From a virus (lineage: Duplodnaviria; Heunggongvirae; Uroviricota; Caudoviricetes): 64,000 bases of DNA. The position numbers and the translations under genes are program-made. Under the pieces are notes generated by a model. It saw only the letters and a list, made by a program, of their open reading frames with translations. It had not been told where the DNA came from and did not search any database. The stretch is from the IMG/VR virus record IMGVR_UViG_3300025942_000001. One strand, written 5' to 3'. This document shows, one piece after another, positions 10,393 to 21,256 of the stretch; the first letter of the stretch is position 1, and each line of letters begins with the position of its first letter.

Positions 10393-13300
10393 TGGAAATT
10401 ATGCTTAAAGATCTAAGTCCTGGTGAAGAATATACTATTCAACTTAGAGCAAAGAATCAATCAGGTTCATCACCTTGGTCAAGATCATATAAGATTCAAG
10501 CTACCAGTGACACATTTCCGCCAGGTCCAGTAACAGGTCTTACTTGGATTTCTTCGGGAACCTCATTTGTTGGTACATGGGTTAAGCCTGCCCTTGACTC
10601 CAATGGACTTCCACTAAAAGACTTTAAAGATTATAAGATTACATTAACTGCTGGTATTAAATCGGTGGTTTATTATGTTACGCAAGAAAGATTCGATCTT
10701 TCATTTGAAGCCAATGTGGGAGCATTTACTGATCCAGAGCCTACTGTTACATTAAAAGTTGAAGTAAGAGATCAGGTTGGTAATATATCAACACCCGTCT
10801 CACTAAGTGCTTCAAATCCTGTTCCGCCTAATATCAGTAACTTTACTGCAACAGCAAAACCCAACTCAATTTCATTAATGTGGGATGCTGTAGATGCCGA
10901 CGACTTAAAACAGTACGAAGTTCATATGTCAACATCTGGATCTGGATTTACACCAACTTCAGGTAATCTTGTATTCAGTGGCTTATCAACCGCTTTTCTA
11001 TTTCCATCATCAAATCAGATACTTCACTATTTTAAGATCAGAGCTGTTGATATTTATGGTCAGGGTTCATTAGCATATGCTACAGATAGTGCAATTCCAG
11101 ATCTTCCAACTGGCCTGGATACTTCTCCACCCGATGATCCAACTGGTGTGGTAGTGTCAACCACGGCCGGTGAAGCAGGAGAGTCACAGCTCACTGTCTC
11201 ATGGACTGCTGTAACTAGTCCCAATCTACGCTACTATGTGGTACGATGGAGTACGGACGAGGTCACATGGCAGTTTATTAACGTACCATCAGACAAGACC
11301 AGCACTATAATAACTGGTCTGAAATCATCAACTAACTACTATGTAGCAGTGGCTTCAGTGTCTCAAGTCAATAGTATCTCTGATTATATAAACGCTACTC
11401 CTTATCCAATCACAGCAGCAGTTGATAATACTGCTCCGTCTAGACCAGCACCAGCAACGGTTTCCGTTGGCCCCTTGATGGCTTTGGTTGGTCATGATAT
11501 GACTAAAAATTCCGGCGGTAATCTGGAAAGTGATGTTGCTTATTTAGAAGTACATGCATCAACAACAACGGGCTTTACAACAAGTACAGCAACTTTGAGA
11601 GGGACTATTCAAAGTGCTGGTGATGGTATTCCAGTTCAAGGTGCATTTACTTTTACAGATCTTTCAACAACACCAAGTAGTGTGTATTGGAGGGTTGTAG
11701 CTGTTGATACATCAGAGAATAAATCTGTTGGATCTTTTGAGGTCACAGGCACACCTGGTCTATTAAGCGGTGTCAATATTCTTGATGCCTCTATTTTGAA
11801 TGCAAAGATTCAGGACCTTAGTGCAGCCAAGATTATTGCTGGCACTGCATTTATTAATGATTTGTATATAAGATCTGAGCTTACAATGGATGATACTGAT
11901 GGAATCATTAAAACATCAGATTATAATGCAGGTACAAAAACAGGATGGAAATTAGATAAACAAGGCATTACTTTATACGATGGTATCGTAGCTGCTAAGG
12001 CTTTGGATATTCAAGATTCAGCAAATATAGCACCACCACAGTTTGCAGATTTCGAATTCGATTCAGATTTCTATCATGATGGTGCAAATGTTGCCAATGC
12101 AACCAATCTAACTGCTACTAGCGGTATGAATTTGGTCATCCAGAATGCCAGTTTCAAAACCGGTGATCAAGCATTAAGATTACATAATGCTGCTATTACT
12201 CCAACTACAAAGCACACATTGGTGTTCTCAAGAGATGGATTAACTAATGTTGACATGAATGTCAACGTAGATCCAGGCGATTACATATTCTCTATCTGGG
12301 CTAAATCCAATGGAGCTATTGACCAAGATATTGCTTTTGGTCTATATACTGATGCCAGTGGAACTGTAACAAGTTCTACCATCAATGTTACAAGCACGGC
12401 TTTCACGAGATACAGTGCTAAATTGACTGTGCCATCTGGTGTATCAAGGATTAAGCTTTTCATTAAGGTTGGCCCTATGGCTTCCGAAGTTGGCTATGAT
12501 ATTGTTATTGATTCCCTTCAGTTTGAAAGAAAAATAGCTGCTTCAGATTCTCCTTCTGCTTGGACTTCACCATCACGAACAACAATTGATGGTGGTTCTA
12601 TTGTTACCGGTTCAATTAGAAGTTCAGCTCCTTCTACTACTGTTCCGACAGAACCTGCTTGGTCTCTTAATACGACCGGTGGAATGCAGGTTGGTGATGC
12701 TTTGGTAAGAGGTACCTTAGTAGTAGGTAATCCGTTATCCTATATCAATCTAGTACCAGATGAATATTCATCGATTGAAATGCCAGAAGCATTTTATAAT
12801 GATGGTACCGGTCTGGCTAATCCAAATAATATCTTTATTGATGATAGCTGTGTTGTACAGGTTCAAAATTCTGGTGCTATGTTTGGTAGTCAAGCACTAA
12901 GAATTCAGAACTCAACTCATGTTGCTGCTGATCCAATAGGTTTGTTCATGGGTAGTATAGTTGGAGTTGGTAACGTTGCATTAAAGCCTCTGACGACATA
13001 TATACTTTCTGCATATGTAAAATCTGGTAACGTAGCAATGAATCAAGAGGCTGGTGTTGGAGTACTTGCAAATGATGGAAACTGGTATATTGGTTTGGCC
13101 GGGGACAGACAAAATATTACATCAACTTCCTATACTCGCGTATTTAGATCATTTACAACAACATCAGGTATAACTGCTGCTCAATTTGCATTCTATTTGG
13201 CACCAACAGGATCTGATGTTGGCTTTGACATGATTGTTGACGGACTAATGATTGAAGAAGCCGCTGTTGGTCAAACTACACCAAGTACTTTTTCACTTAA

Positions 13301-15299
13301 TGGAGATTCAACATCATATGTAAAATCAGCCGGGTATCAAGAAGGACTATCAGGATGGATCATCAATTCTGATGGTTCAGTAGAATTCAACAATGGTTTA
13401 TTCAGAGGCTCACTTGATATCTCACAAACTGTTGGTGGCTATACATATAACATGAATCTACAAAATAAGATATCCAGATTCCAATATAGAGAAGATGGAA
13501 GTATTGCGTTGGTATCAGATACTAATATTTATGGTACAAACCCAACGATGAGATATTCTGGTTATGCACAGCAGTATGTAAAAGGTGCCGATGGTAACTT
13601 GGTTCTTGACAGAAATAGCCAGGTGCAGGCAGCTACAAGATTGACACCAGCCGGACAGTATCAGATTATCTTTGATCCTACAAACACCGAAGATATTTAT
13701 AATGTCGACGGTAACTCACTATACGCGGTTGATGGTAATAGAAAGAACATTAACTATTCATTTGCTAATAGTTTCTGGGGAACAAGACGTGCAGGTACAT
13801 CTCAAAGTAGACGTGCAAATATTGAACATACAACTCGTTCATTTATGGAGAATACATCACCTGGTGCAATTCTTCCTAAATTGAGAAGCTATTCAACATT
13901 AATGCAAGAATCATCTGCTGAAACTGGCCTTTGGTATGATATTAAGAACTACACATCAGCAGCAGCAGGTGGAACAAATAACTTTATATCAGGAAATAAG
14001 ATAAAAGATTATTTCGATTCATTTGATAATGGTGGAGGCCTATCATACTATAGTTCAAATTCAATTCAGAATAGATTTACATTTACTTCTATTCAAACAA
14101 ATACTTGGGCCGCTGGTAGAAGAGATCTCAATTCATTGAAGCTTACTATTGCATCTGGTACCGGTAATCCAACTATTTACTTTGCTACCACAGGCGTGTA
14201 TGATACGACAGTTGTACCAGGACAATATAACATTGTCGCTGGTTGGTTTGCGACGTCACAGGCTAATCTACAGGTAAGAGGTCTCATCAAGACTTCAGAT
14301 GGTGTAGTATATGCTGGCGACTGGCAGTACATCAATAAGACTTCCTCATTAATTGGTGGTCAGCTAGTTGACTATCCATATGCTTATGGATACAGTACAT
14401 CAATTAGTTTGCCTGCCCTTGCGCCAACAGGCGCGCAGATTGGATTTGAATTCCAAACAGGTACAAATGGTCAAACAGTTAATATAACTGCTGTAACATA
14501 TGCGGATGCTATGTCAGATGTAGATAGATTAAGATTCTCAGAAGTTGGAAGAACTGAAACATATTCTGGTGTTGCAACAATGCAAACCAACTTTGAACCA
14601 TATCCTAATTTCTATGAATATGTTTCAGCCTCTTCAGGTCCAATTGCAGATCCTAGCGGATGGGATAGTTTTGTAGCGCATCAAAGAGTAAAGGCAGAAA
14701 TCATTGTTGAGTTCCTTGACGCATCAGGATATGGTATTCATAATGTTGCCCTGACAAGAGCAGGATGGCAAGAGGGAACAATTCAAGATCCACATATGCC
14801 TAATGGTTTTGCAAGAGTTTGTCCTGGTTCACCAGGTAATCTAGCCAGTAACGTCGAAGTTGGTTTCATCAACATGGACTATGCTACGATGAAACCATCG
14901 ATTAGCCCTAATTTGAATAAGGCTGTTCTTTATGATGAAAATGGTACGATCTGGACATCTACTTCAGCAATAACTGGTGTAGAAACTGCTTGGCCGGTTG
15001 AGGTTTATACGGCAACTAGAGCCGGTGTTTATTTAATGAGTGCAGCAGCTAATGTAGATAAAGTCCTTGACGAGGAAGTATATATTGAACTTCGTAAACT
15101 TCCAGTTGGAACCAATCCGCCATCTCCCGGAACAACGATAGCAAGACATCAGTTCCCATTGGCCGATACATATGGTATTCTTACGATACCAGTTCCCGCA
15201 TCAGTAGGAGAAAGATTCTACTTTGTTTTGGGATCTCATACACTAGCAGCAATTAGAGATATCTCAGATATGCGTATTACATTTGCACAAATATTATAA
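10392..15299 (+). CDS. Tail fibre or host-recognition protein with repeated fibronectin-type-III-like domains (1635 aa)
   Basis: The N-terminus reads YTIQLRAKNQSGSSPWS, a fibronectin type III (FN3) signature. Further repeated segments of about 90 aa carry conserved W and Y(Y/F)V residues. The C-terminal part is rich in Gly, Asn, Ser and Thr. Confidence 0.6.
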   Translation: MEIMLKDLSPGEEYTIQLRAKNQSGSSPWSRSYKIQATSDTFPPGPVTGLTWISSGTSFVGTWVKPALDSNGLPLKDFKDYKITLTAGIKSVVYYVTQERFDLSFEANVGAFTDPEPTVTLKVEVRDQVGNISTPVSLSASNPVPPNISNFTATAKPNSISLMWDAVDADDLKQYEVHMSTSGSGFTPTSGNLVFSGLSTAFLFPSSNQILHYFKIRAVDIYGQGSLAYATDSAIPDLPTGLDTSPPDDPTGVVVSTTAGEAGESQLTVSWTAVTSPNLRYYVVRWSTDEVTWQFINVPSDKTSTIITGLKSSTNYYVAVASVSQVNSISDYINATPYPITAAVDNTAPSRPAPATVSVGPLMALVGHDMTKNSGGNLESDVAYLEVHASTTTGFTTSTATLRGTIQSAGDGIPVQGAFTFTDLSTTPSSVYWRVVAVDTSENKSVGSFEVTGTPGLLSGVNILDASILNAKIQDLSAAKIIAGTAFINDLYIRSELTMDDTDGIIKTSDYNAGTKTGWKLDKQGITLYDGIVAAKALDIQDSANIAPPQFADFEFDSDFYHDGANVANATNLTATSGMNLVIQNASFKTGDQALRLHNAAITPTTKHTLVFSRDGLTNVDMNVNVDPGDYIFSIWAKSNGAIDQDIAFGLYTDASGTVTSSTINVTSTAFTRYSAKLTVPSGVSRIKLFIKVGPMASEVGYDIVIDSLQFERKIAASDSPSAWTSPSRTTIDGGSIVTGSIRSSAPSTTVPTEPAWSLNTTGGMQVGDALVRGTLVVGNPLSYINLVPDEYSSIEMPEAFYNDGTGLANPNNIFIDDSCVVQVQNSGAMFGSQALRIQNSTHVAADPIGLFMGSIVGVGNVALKPLTTYILSAYVKSGNVAMNQEAGVGVLANDGNWYIGLAGDRQNITSTSYTRVFRSFTTTSGITAAQFAFYLAPTGSDVGFDMIVDGLMIEEAAVGQTTPSTFSLNGDSTSYVKSAGYQEGLSGWIINSDGSVEFNNGLFRGSLDISQTVGGYTYNMNLQNKISRFQYREDGSIALVSDTNIYGTNPTMRYSGYAQQYVKGADGNLVLDRNSQVQAATRLTPAGQYQIIFDPTNTEDIYNVDGNSLYAVDGNRKNINYSFANSFWGTRRAGTSQSRRANIEHTTRSFMENTSPGAILPKLRSYSTLMQESSAETGLWYDIKNYTSAAAGGTNNFISGNKIKDYFDSFDNGGGLSYYSSNSIQNRFTFTSIQTNTWAAGRRDLNSLKLTIASGTGNPTIYFATTGVYDTTVVPGQYNIVAGWFATSQANLQVRGLIKTSDGVVYAGDWQYINKTSSLIGGQLVDYPYAYGYSTSISLPALAPTGAQIGFEFQTGTNGQTVNITAVTYADAMSDVDRLRFSEVGRTETYSGVATMQTNFEPYPNFYEYVSASSGPIADPSGWDSFVAHQRVKAEIIVEFLDASGYGIHNVALTRAGWQEGTIQDPHMPNGFARVCPGSPGNLASNVEVGFINMDYATMKPSISPNLNKAVLYDENGTIWTSTSAITGVETAWPVEVYTATRAGVYLMSAAANVDKVLDEEVYIELRKLPVGTNPPSPGTTIARHQFPLADTYGILTIPVPASVGERFYFVLGSHTLAAIRDISDMRITFAQIL

Positions 15300-15309
15300 G
15301 GAGTAAGAA

Positions 15310-15522
15310 ATGAATCAAGAAGAACATTTTAAAAATATTATAGATGATCTAAGAACACAATTATCAGACAAATCTTTGGAATTAGCTGTTGCAAGATCAT
15401 TGGGTAATGATTTTAAAAATAAAGCAGAAAAACTACAAGAGGAATTGAATAATGTTCAAAGCGCGCAGGAAAGACCAGTCGAACAAGAACCAACAGTTCA
15501 TGTGGTCACCACCAAGCAATAA
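15310..15522 (+). CDS. hypothetical coiled-coil protein (70 aa)
   Basis: An RBS (AAGGAG) lies upstream and the sequence is rich in Lys and Glu. Confidence 0.3.
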   Translation: MNQEEHFKNIIDDLRTQLSDKSLELAVARSLGNDFKNKAEKLQEELNNVQSAQERPVEQEPTVHVVTTKQ

Positions 15523-15910
15523 AGTAAAATATCCAAGATGGACTTTTGTATTTCTTCCAGAAGAAGATAAATATTATTTAATTTGGGATACAACGAAATT
15601 AGCTTTTATTTCTCAAAGAGCGTTTAGAAGCTGGAATAGAATTCCAGTTAGAGTATCAAAGGAAAGTATTTCTGGATATAAGACTTGGAAACAAATAGGC
15701 TTTGCACCGGGATCAATAATTGAATCAATTGTAGATGGTAAGAGATATTTTATTACTGGACAATTGTTTGAAGAAGAAAAGAGATTAATCACAACGCCAG
15801 ATTTCTATCAGGTATTAGGATTTAATCCTGGACTTGCATCAAAAGTTTCGCAGTCTGAACTAGATTTTCATAATGAAGGGAGTAATATAGATGACATCAG
15901 ATTTATATGA
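15500..15910 (+). CDS. hypothetical protein
   Basis: The track gives an alternative start at 15452. The in-frame ATG at 15500 is more plausible because the upstream start overlaps the previous ORF in another frame. Confidence 0.35.
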   Translation: MWSPPSNKVKYPRWTFVFLPEEDKYYLIWDTTKLAFISQRAFRSWNRIPVRVSKESISGYKTWKQIGFAPGSIIESIVDGKRYFITGQLFEEEKRLITTPDFYQVLGFNPGLASKVSQSELDFHNEGSNIDDIRFI

Positions 15911-16328
15911 ACACGTTAGCTGGGGAGACGGACCTATTGACGTAGAATTTCTACAGAAAATGGCATCGAACTCAGATTACCTGTATGAACATCAGTTCAA
16001 TGGGTATTTCAACATGCTCGGAATCGTCAGAGAAACAGGGTTGACGTTCAGAATCGGACATGCTAAGCTAATCAACACAGAAGACCAACAGCAAGTAGCC
16101 AATGTCTACTTCAACAGGCCATTTTTGCCGGGTATGAGACCGGCTGTATTTATCTCTGTACAGACAGATCAACATAATAGAGTGTACATTGCAACACGTG
16201 GTCTTGATGGTAGAGCCATACCCGACCACCGTGGATTCCACTTGATAGCCTCTCAAGAGGAGACAGACGAGACAGAATTTGCCGGCGAGCAGTACGTGAG
16301 TTACTTCGCCATCGCACCCTCGGGTTGA
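15891..16328 (+). CDS. hypothetical protein
   Basis: ORF of 145 aa that overlaps the upstream stop. Confidence 0.4.
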   Translation: MTSDLYEHVSWGDGPIDVEFLQKMASNSDYLYEHQFNGYFNMLGIVRETGLTFRIGHAKLINTEDQQQVANVYFNRPFLPGMRPAVFISVQTDQHNRVYIATRGLDGRAIPDHRGFHLIASQEETDETEFAGEQYVSYFAIAPSG

Positions 16329-16343
16329 CAAGTCACGTGGAAT

Positions 16344-17183
16344 GTGTGCTATGATCCTACCAAGTCCCCAATCAAGGGGCAGACAGATAGGCTTAAATTG
16401 AGTAACGATTTACGCTGGCTGGTTATGTCAGATATTCATATCCCATTACATTCAGAACGAATGCTATCTATGATGTTCGATATCATTAAATGGTGGAAAC
16501 CAGATGCTATCGATTTAGCCGGGGATATTGATGATGCCTGCGGTACATCTCGTTGGGCAGATGGCAAGATTGACGAAGTAGATAATAATGTATTTGAAGA
16601 TTCTGTTCTATTGAGACAATTTAGTGCTGATATTAGAAGTGCTGCACCTAAAGCTGATCTTCATTGGCATGATGGTAATCACGGTTGGACAAGACATGAT
16701 AGTTATATCAAGACCAAAGCTAAGGCTTTGGACGGATTAATTACACCAGATTCACTATATGATTTGAATAAGAATGGTTGGTCTTGGCATTCTTATCAAG
16801 GTCCGCCGGTGCAAAGATTTGGTGATATGCATGTTCATCATGGACTTGCCATTTCAAAGCACGGCGGTCAGAGTGTAAAACAAGATATGGAAGACTGGAA
16901 TGTCTCCTTGATTAGAGGACACTCACATAGACAAGCAAGCTTTGCCAAGTCAGTAGTTTTCACTGATCCAGATCAGACTACAACTCAACATCTAGAAGGT
17001 TATGAAATTGGACATCTGATGAATGTATCAGAGGCTAAATATGCACCGACACATAACTGGCAACCAGGATTTGCGATTGCACATGTTGAAGAAGGACAAA
17101 AGCCGCACGTACATCTAGTACCAATTCATATGACCGAACGTGGCTACACATGTTACATTGACGGTAAGAGATTTACTGCATGA
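16344..17183 (+). CDS. Calcineurin-like metallophosphoesterase
   Basis: Motifs present are DIHIP (DxH), AGDIDD (GD), DGNHG (GNH) and RGHSHR (GH). Confidence 0.6.
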   Translation: MCYDPTKSPIKGQTDRLKLSNDLRWLVMSDIHIPLHSERMLSMMFDIIKWWKPDAIDLAGDIDDACGTSRWADGKIDEVDNNVFEDSVLLRQFSADIRSAAPKADLHWHDGNHGWTRHDSYIKTKAKALDGLITPDSLYDLNKNGWSWHSYQGPPVQRFGDMHVHHGLAISKHGGQSVKQDMEDWNVSLIRGHSHRQASFAKSVVFTDPDQTTTQHLEGYEIGHLMNVSEAKYAPTHNWQPGFAIAHVEEGQKPHVHLVPIHMTERGYTCYIDGKRFTA

Positions 17184-17995
17184 TAAAGTCATATGGTGTA
17201 AAGATATGGACTAACAGAGGGTGGCAATACGATAATGGGCTAATGGTAGGAGATAAAGTCATCTCCTACAACCCAAAGAGAAATTGTACCGAGTACGATA
17301 CTATAAGACATATACAGACCGAGTACAAAACTCAACACTTTCTTGGAATGAAATTCAAGGGTCTAAATATTAATTTGACCAAAGATCATCCAGTAATTAT
17401 TTACGATGAATCTATTAATCAGACAGAACGTAAGCCTATGGATGATATTTTCATGACTAAATTTGCCAATAGAAAAGATGCTGTTCTTTATAACAGTTGG
17501 TTTGAGCCATATGATATAAATATAGATAATGATGATTTATTGTGGTCGGCCCGATTAGCAGCAAGCTTTACTATTACAAAATATATTCCAGGTGAATACA
17601 GAGATCAAATTTGGAATATTATAGAAAACATAAACGGTTATCAAGCTCAAGAGTGGATTAATGAACTATTGTCTTGGAATAAACAAGTATCAGGTCGGCA
17701 ATGGATGAAGTCAATACGCTTGTCCAACCGTGATGTGCGTGCTATGATATTCCACGTCGGGGTGAAAGCGGGTCTTGGGGTGAAGTTCAGACCACCAAGT
17801 TTAATCATGAAAGATAGAACTTGGATTATATCTGTTGCTTCAACATCACATGCCCTGCCAGATCCACGTAAAAGTTATTCTCAAATTAGAGAAACAACTC
17901 AATCTTTTAACATAGCCACCAGAAATGGAAGCGCTATGATGCAATATCAAGCAGGAACATTTCTTGTTGCCTGTGAAATTAAGGAGGATTTATAA
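17180..17995 (+). CDS. hypothetical protein
   Basis: ORF of 271 aa coupled to its neighbour by an ATGA overlap. Confidence 0.45.
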   Translation: MIKSYGVKIWTNRGWQYDNGLMVGDKVISYNPKRNCTEYDTIRHIQTEYKTQHFLGMKFKGLNINLTKDHPVIIYDESINQTERKPMDDIFMTKFANRKDAVLYNSWFEPYDINIDNDDLLWSARLAASFTITKYIPGEYRDQIWNIIENINGYQAQEWINELLSWNKQVSGRQWMKSIRLSNRDVRAMIFHVGVKAGLGVKFRPPSLIMKDRTWIISVASTSHALPDPRKSYSQIRETTQSFNIATRNGSAMMQYQAGTFLVACEIKEDL

Positions 17996-18292
17996 ATGTT
18001 AACAGGTTTAATAATCGCATCAGTTATATCAGTTGTTCTTTTAACTTCTCTTATAAAGAATGTTGAATGGAATTTTAAAGGAAAAGCTGCGGTAGCCACA
18101 ATACTGTCTGTATTAACGGCAATTCTAGCGTTATTTATGACGGGTGGATTTTCGGCATTTACTACAGTTGCATTATTTCAAACGTTTACCACTGTTTATG
18201 CATCTTCACAATTGATCTATCAATTCATTATGAAGGGTACAACGGTAGAAAATAAACTGGCTCTTTCAGGGAATAAGCCGAAGGTCAATTAA
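17996..18292 (+). CDS. small membrane protein with two or three predicted TM helices (holin-like topology, function unknown)
   Basis: Hydrophobic stretches LIIASVISVVLLTSLI and AVATILSVLTAILALFMTGGF. Confidence 0.4.
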   Translation: MLTGLIIASVISVVLLTSLIKNVEWNFKGKAAVATILSVLTAILALFMTGGFSAFTTVALFQTFTTVYASSQLIYQFIMKGTTVENKLALSGNKPKVN

Positions 18293-18498
18293 TGCTCTAT
18301 TGTAAAAAATGTGACGGCAGAGTATTTATAGACAGAGTTCATTCTTATAATGGTGATATAGAACTATTCTGCATAAAATGTGGCGAACGATGGTCCTTAG
18401 GTAAGGCAACCTATGCGGCTAAGGTTTTGAATAAAATAGAAAAGAAAAGGGAGCGAGCTTATTTTGGCTACCCAGATTCCGAACTACTTCTTTCTTGA
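18292..18498 (+). CDS. small zinc-ribbon protein
   Basis: Two Cys pairs: CKKCDG...CIKCGE. Confidence 0.4.
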   Translation: MLYCKKCDGRVFIDRVHSYNGDIELFCIKCGERWSLGKATYAAKVLNKIEKKRERAYFGYPDSELLLS

Positions 18499-18949
18499 TG
18501 GTAAACTGTATAAACTCATCAGAGTAGTTAAAAATGAGAACATGTTAGTTATTTGGGGTTTCGAAGAGGAGAGTAGAATGTGGTTTAATTATCAACAAAC
18601 TCTCAAGAGATTTCAAAAGGCTTTTACTTTGCAAGAAGTGGCAAAATTAATTGATAAGAAAATTACGTATCTTAAGGTCATGATGGAAAGGAACCTTATA
18701 AGTCGTGGCTCTGGTACGTCTTATTCTATTGCAACACGTCGTCCGCTTACCGTATACTGGTCAGAAGACGACGTGTTCAACTTGCGGTCTGAGTTATTTG
18801 CTCTTGCAAAGAAGAACAAATACGGAGAACCATACGCTAATTTTAATTTAGTCAGTGAGGCTGAACTATTGACAAAAATGCGCGGTGGAGAATCATATTT
18901 TATTAAAGATAAAGATGGTCAATTCGTAAAGGTATGGCGTGCTATATGA
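18464..18949 (+). CDS. hypothetical protein
   Basis: ORF of 161 aa. Confidence 0.4.
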   Translation: MATQIPNYFFLDGKLYKLIRVVKNENMLVIWGFEEESRMWFNYQQTLKRFQKAFTLQEVAKLIDKKITYLKVMMERNLISRGSGTSYSIATRRPLTVYWSEDDVFNLRSELFALAKKNKYGEPYANFNLVSEAELLTKMRGGESYFIKDKDGQFVKVWRAI

Positions 18950-19245
18950 GTAAGAAAAAGAAGAAAGGCAAACTTGTCTATATACCTTTTGGTGATACAG
19001 AATTTGGTATGGAAGAAATGTTTGCTCAAGGGGCATCGGCTCTGGATATAGCAGCAGTTCTGGCCATCCAGAATGGTGATGTTAAATCCTTGATCAATAT
19101 AGGCTCTAAATATATTAATATGGCTAATGCCATAGCTGGCATTCAACCGAATCACAATGAGGATATTAAACTCGGATTCGGATTTTGTATGGAAAGAGAG
19201 GTAGAAGATGTCAGAAGTGAAAGTGAATGTGAAGACGACGATTAA
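18934..19245 (+). CDS. hypothetical protein
   Basis: ORF of 103 aa with an acidic C-terminus. Confidence 0.35.
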   Translation: MACYMSKKKKKGKLVYIPFGDTEFGMEEMFAQGASALDIAAVLAIQNGDVKSLINIGSKYINMANAIAGIQPNHNEDIKLGFGFCMEREVEDVRSESECEDDD

Positions 19246-19390
19246 TCTTGGTAATTTTGAAAATGTAATTCTTGAATTTGGCGTTACAACTGAAAAACAG
19301 CCGGAAGAATCAACAGGAGACGCCCTTGACAGAGTATATGATCTAGTTGCTAGTAAGCTAGCAGAAAAAGCTAAGAGGTATGTTAAGTGA
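19208..19390 (+). CDS. hypothetical protein
   Basis: ORF of 60 aa. Confidence 0.3.
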   Translation: MSEVKVNVKTTINLGNFENVILEFGVTTEKQPEESTGDALDRVYDLVASKLAEKAKRYVK

Positions 19391-19725
19391 GCAAAAGTCA
19401 ATTCGAAAATGCAGATGCTTTTATTAATCATTTTGTCAAGTCGTACACTGATAAATTTAAGACTAGACCTATTGTCAATAGGTCTAAATTTAAATACGCT
19501 GTGGTTGATATGCTTAAAGATATCAAACTAACAGAAGCCAAGACTCTTGCAGACTACTATATCTCGCATTATACTGAAGTTAGCATCAGCGAGTTTCTCT
19601 ATAAATATGATGAAATGATTCAAGAAATGAACGCTGAAGAAGCAGACTTAATGCAGAGAGAACAATTACTATCTGAGACACAAAGTGCTGTTCAAAGATT
19701 TAGAGAAAGGTACGGCAAGAATTGA
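19387..19725 (+). CDS. hypothetical protein
   Basis: ORF of 112 aa coupled to the helicase gene. Confidence 0.4.
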   Translation: MSKSQFENADAFINHFVKSYTDKFKTRPIVNRSKFKYAVVDMLKDIKLTEAKTLADYYISHYTEVSISEFLYKYDEMIQEMNAEEADLMQREQLLSETQSAVQRFRERYGKN

Positions 19726-20981
19726 TCAATGAAATCAGAGTAATCTCTTCAGTAATCAAGGAAAAAGACATCGCACCATTAATCAATGGATCGCATGTTG
19801 ATGAACTGTTTGATTCTTATGCTGATGTGTGGGAATTCATTAAGAATTATTACACAAAGCATAGACAGATCGTTCCGGCTGATATTATTACTGAAAGATT
19901 TGCCAAAGAGGACCATAGCTTTAAATTAATTGAAACATCAGGAAATGTAAAACATTATCTTGAGCAACTGCGTGAAGAATATACAAGCAACATGCTTGAA
20001 CGTATTGCACGAGGCCTGGCCAGCGATTTAGGTCGTAGGCCTAATGATGAGATTATGAGCAATCTTCAAAAAAGATTTGTCGAAATCAGTAAAGTCTCAA
20101 ATGTTGTCAAGGATCTTGATATTACTGACCACTCTAAAGCCGTTGAACATTTTACTGAGACAAAGCGTAGAATGGAAGAAAACGGTGGTGTACTTGGAAT
20201 CAGATTTGGTTTTGATTCGATTGACGCTAATTATCCGACTGGCGCTGGACCTGGTCAATATATTATGATCATCTCTAGGACCAACCAAGGTAAGTCATGG
20301 CTTGCACTGGAGTTCGCTATTAACGCCTGGAAGCAAGGGAAGAAAGTTTTATATGTATCCCTTGAGATGTCTCCAGAGCTAGTAAGAAATCGTGCGTACG
20401 CCTTGATGTCCAGAGGTAAGTTCAACATGTCAGATCTTTCCCGTGCTGAAATTGATCTTATTGATATGGAGAATTGGTCTTCGCAAGAGCTTGACAATGA
20501 TAATTCTTTTGTTGTGACTGGTTCAGAAGGCATGGGTGGATTTAATAACCTTCAGCTTCAAGCCAAGATTGATCAATATGGTCCGGATATTATTTACATC
20601 GACTATATGCAACTACAGGAAGATAATAAGAATTCCAGCGGTGAAACTGAAAAAGTAAGAAATGTGTCAAAAGAAAACAAAGCGACAGCAATGAGAAATG
20701 AAGTTCCTGTTGTTTGTGTTGCTTCCGCTTCAAGTAATGAGACTAAGGAGTATTTTACTCCTCCTCAAATCTATGAGGTCGCAGGATCTAGACAATCGGC
20801 TTTCGATGCTGACTTGGTTCTCAGTATGATTTCTCATAAACAACGTGAAGGTCACAATCTAACTGAAGTCATCGCACGTAAAAACCGTCACGGTCCACTA
20901 TTCAATTTCATGCTAAAAATGGATATTGCCAATGGTAATATTGAAGAAGTTTGGGTTGATGAGCCAGATGAAGAAGACTGA
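19722..20981 (+). CDS. DnaB-like (T7 gp4-C-like) replicative DNA helicase
   Basis: A Walker A-like motif ISRTNQGKSW. Walker B reads DIIYIDYMQL. The fold resembles the RecA-like C-domain of DnaB. It sits next to the primase gene. The start codon is TTG. Confidence 0.75.
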   Translation: MINEIRVISSVIKEKDIAPLINGSHVDELFDSYADVWEFIKNYYTKHRQIVPADIITERFAKEDHSFKLIETSGNVKHYLEQLREEYTSNMLERIARGLASDLGRRPNDEIMSNLQKRFVEISKVSNVVKDLDITDHSKAVEHFTETKRRMEENGGVLGIRFGFDSIDANYPTGAGPGQYIMIISRTNQGKSWLALEFAINAWKQGKKVLYVSLEMSPELVRNRAYALMSRGKFNMSDLSRAEIDLIDMENWSSQELDNDNSFVVTGSEGMGGFNNLQLQAKIDQYGPDIIYIDYMQLQEDNKNSSGETEKVRNVSKENKATAMRNEVPVVCVASASSNETKEYFTPPQIYEVAGSRQSAFDADLVLSMISHKQREGHNLTEVIARKNRHGPLFNFMLKMDIANGNIEEVWVDEPDEED

Positions 20982-20983
20982 TC

Positions 20984-21256
20984 ATGCACGAACCGGTAAA
21001 GCATTTTAGTCAGCATGGCATCATAAAAGATGATAAAGATTTCATAAGGCTTAGATTAGAATTCGAAAGGATTATAATTGATGTCATGAAGTCAACTGGC
21101 TATCTTCCCATTTACAATATGGGATCTCATTGGTCAACTGAATGGCTAGGCGACAGATATACATTTCGGCTTACCATGTATGGATCTTACGCCGGGAAGA
21201 AAAAAGCGCAGGACTATACTTTTTGGCTTGATGGGAGATTAATCAAAGATGGATGA
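20984..21256 (+). CDS. hypothetical protein
   Basis: ORF of 90 aa. Confidence 0.35.
   Translation: MHEPVKHFSQHGIIKDDKDFIRLRLEFERIIIDVMKSTGYLPIYNMGSHWSTEWLGDRYTFRLTMYGSYAGKKKAQDYTFWLDGRLIKDG

Noticed and set aside
18919-19431. Minus-strand ORF of 170 aa
   Set aside because: It is antisense to three coupled plus-strand ORFs and has no motif support.
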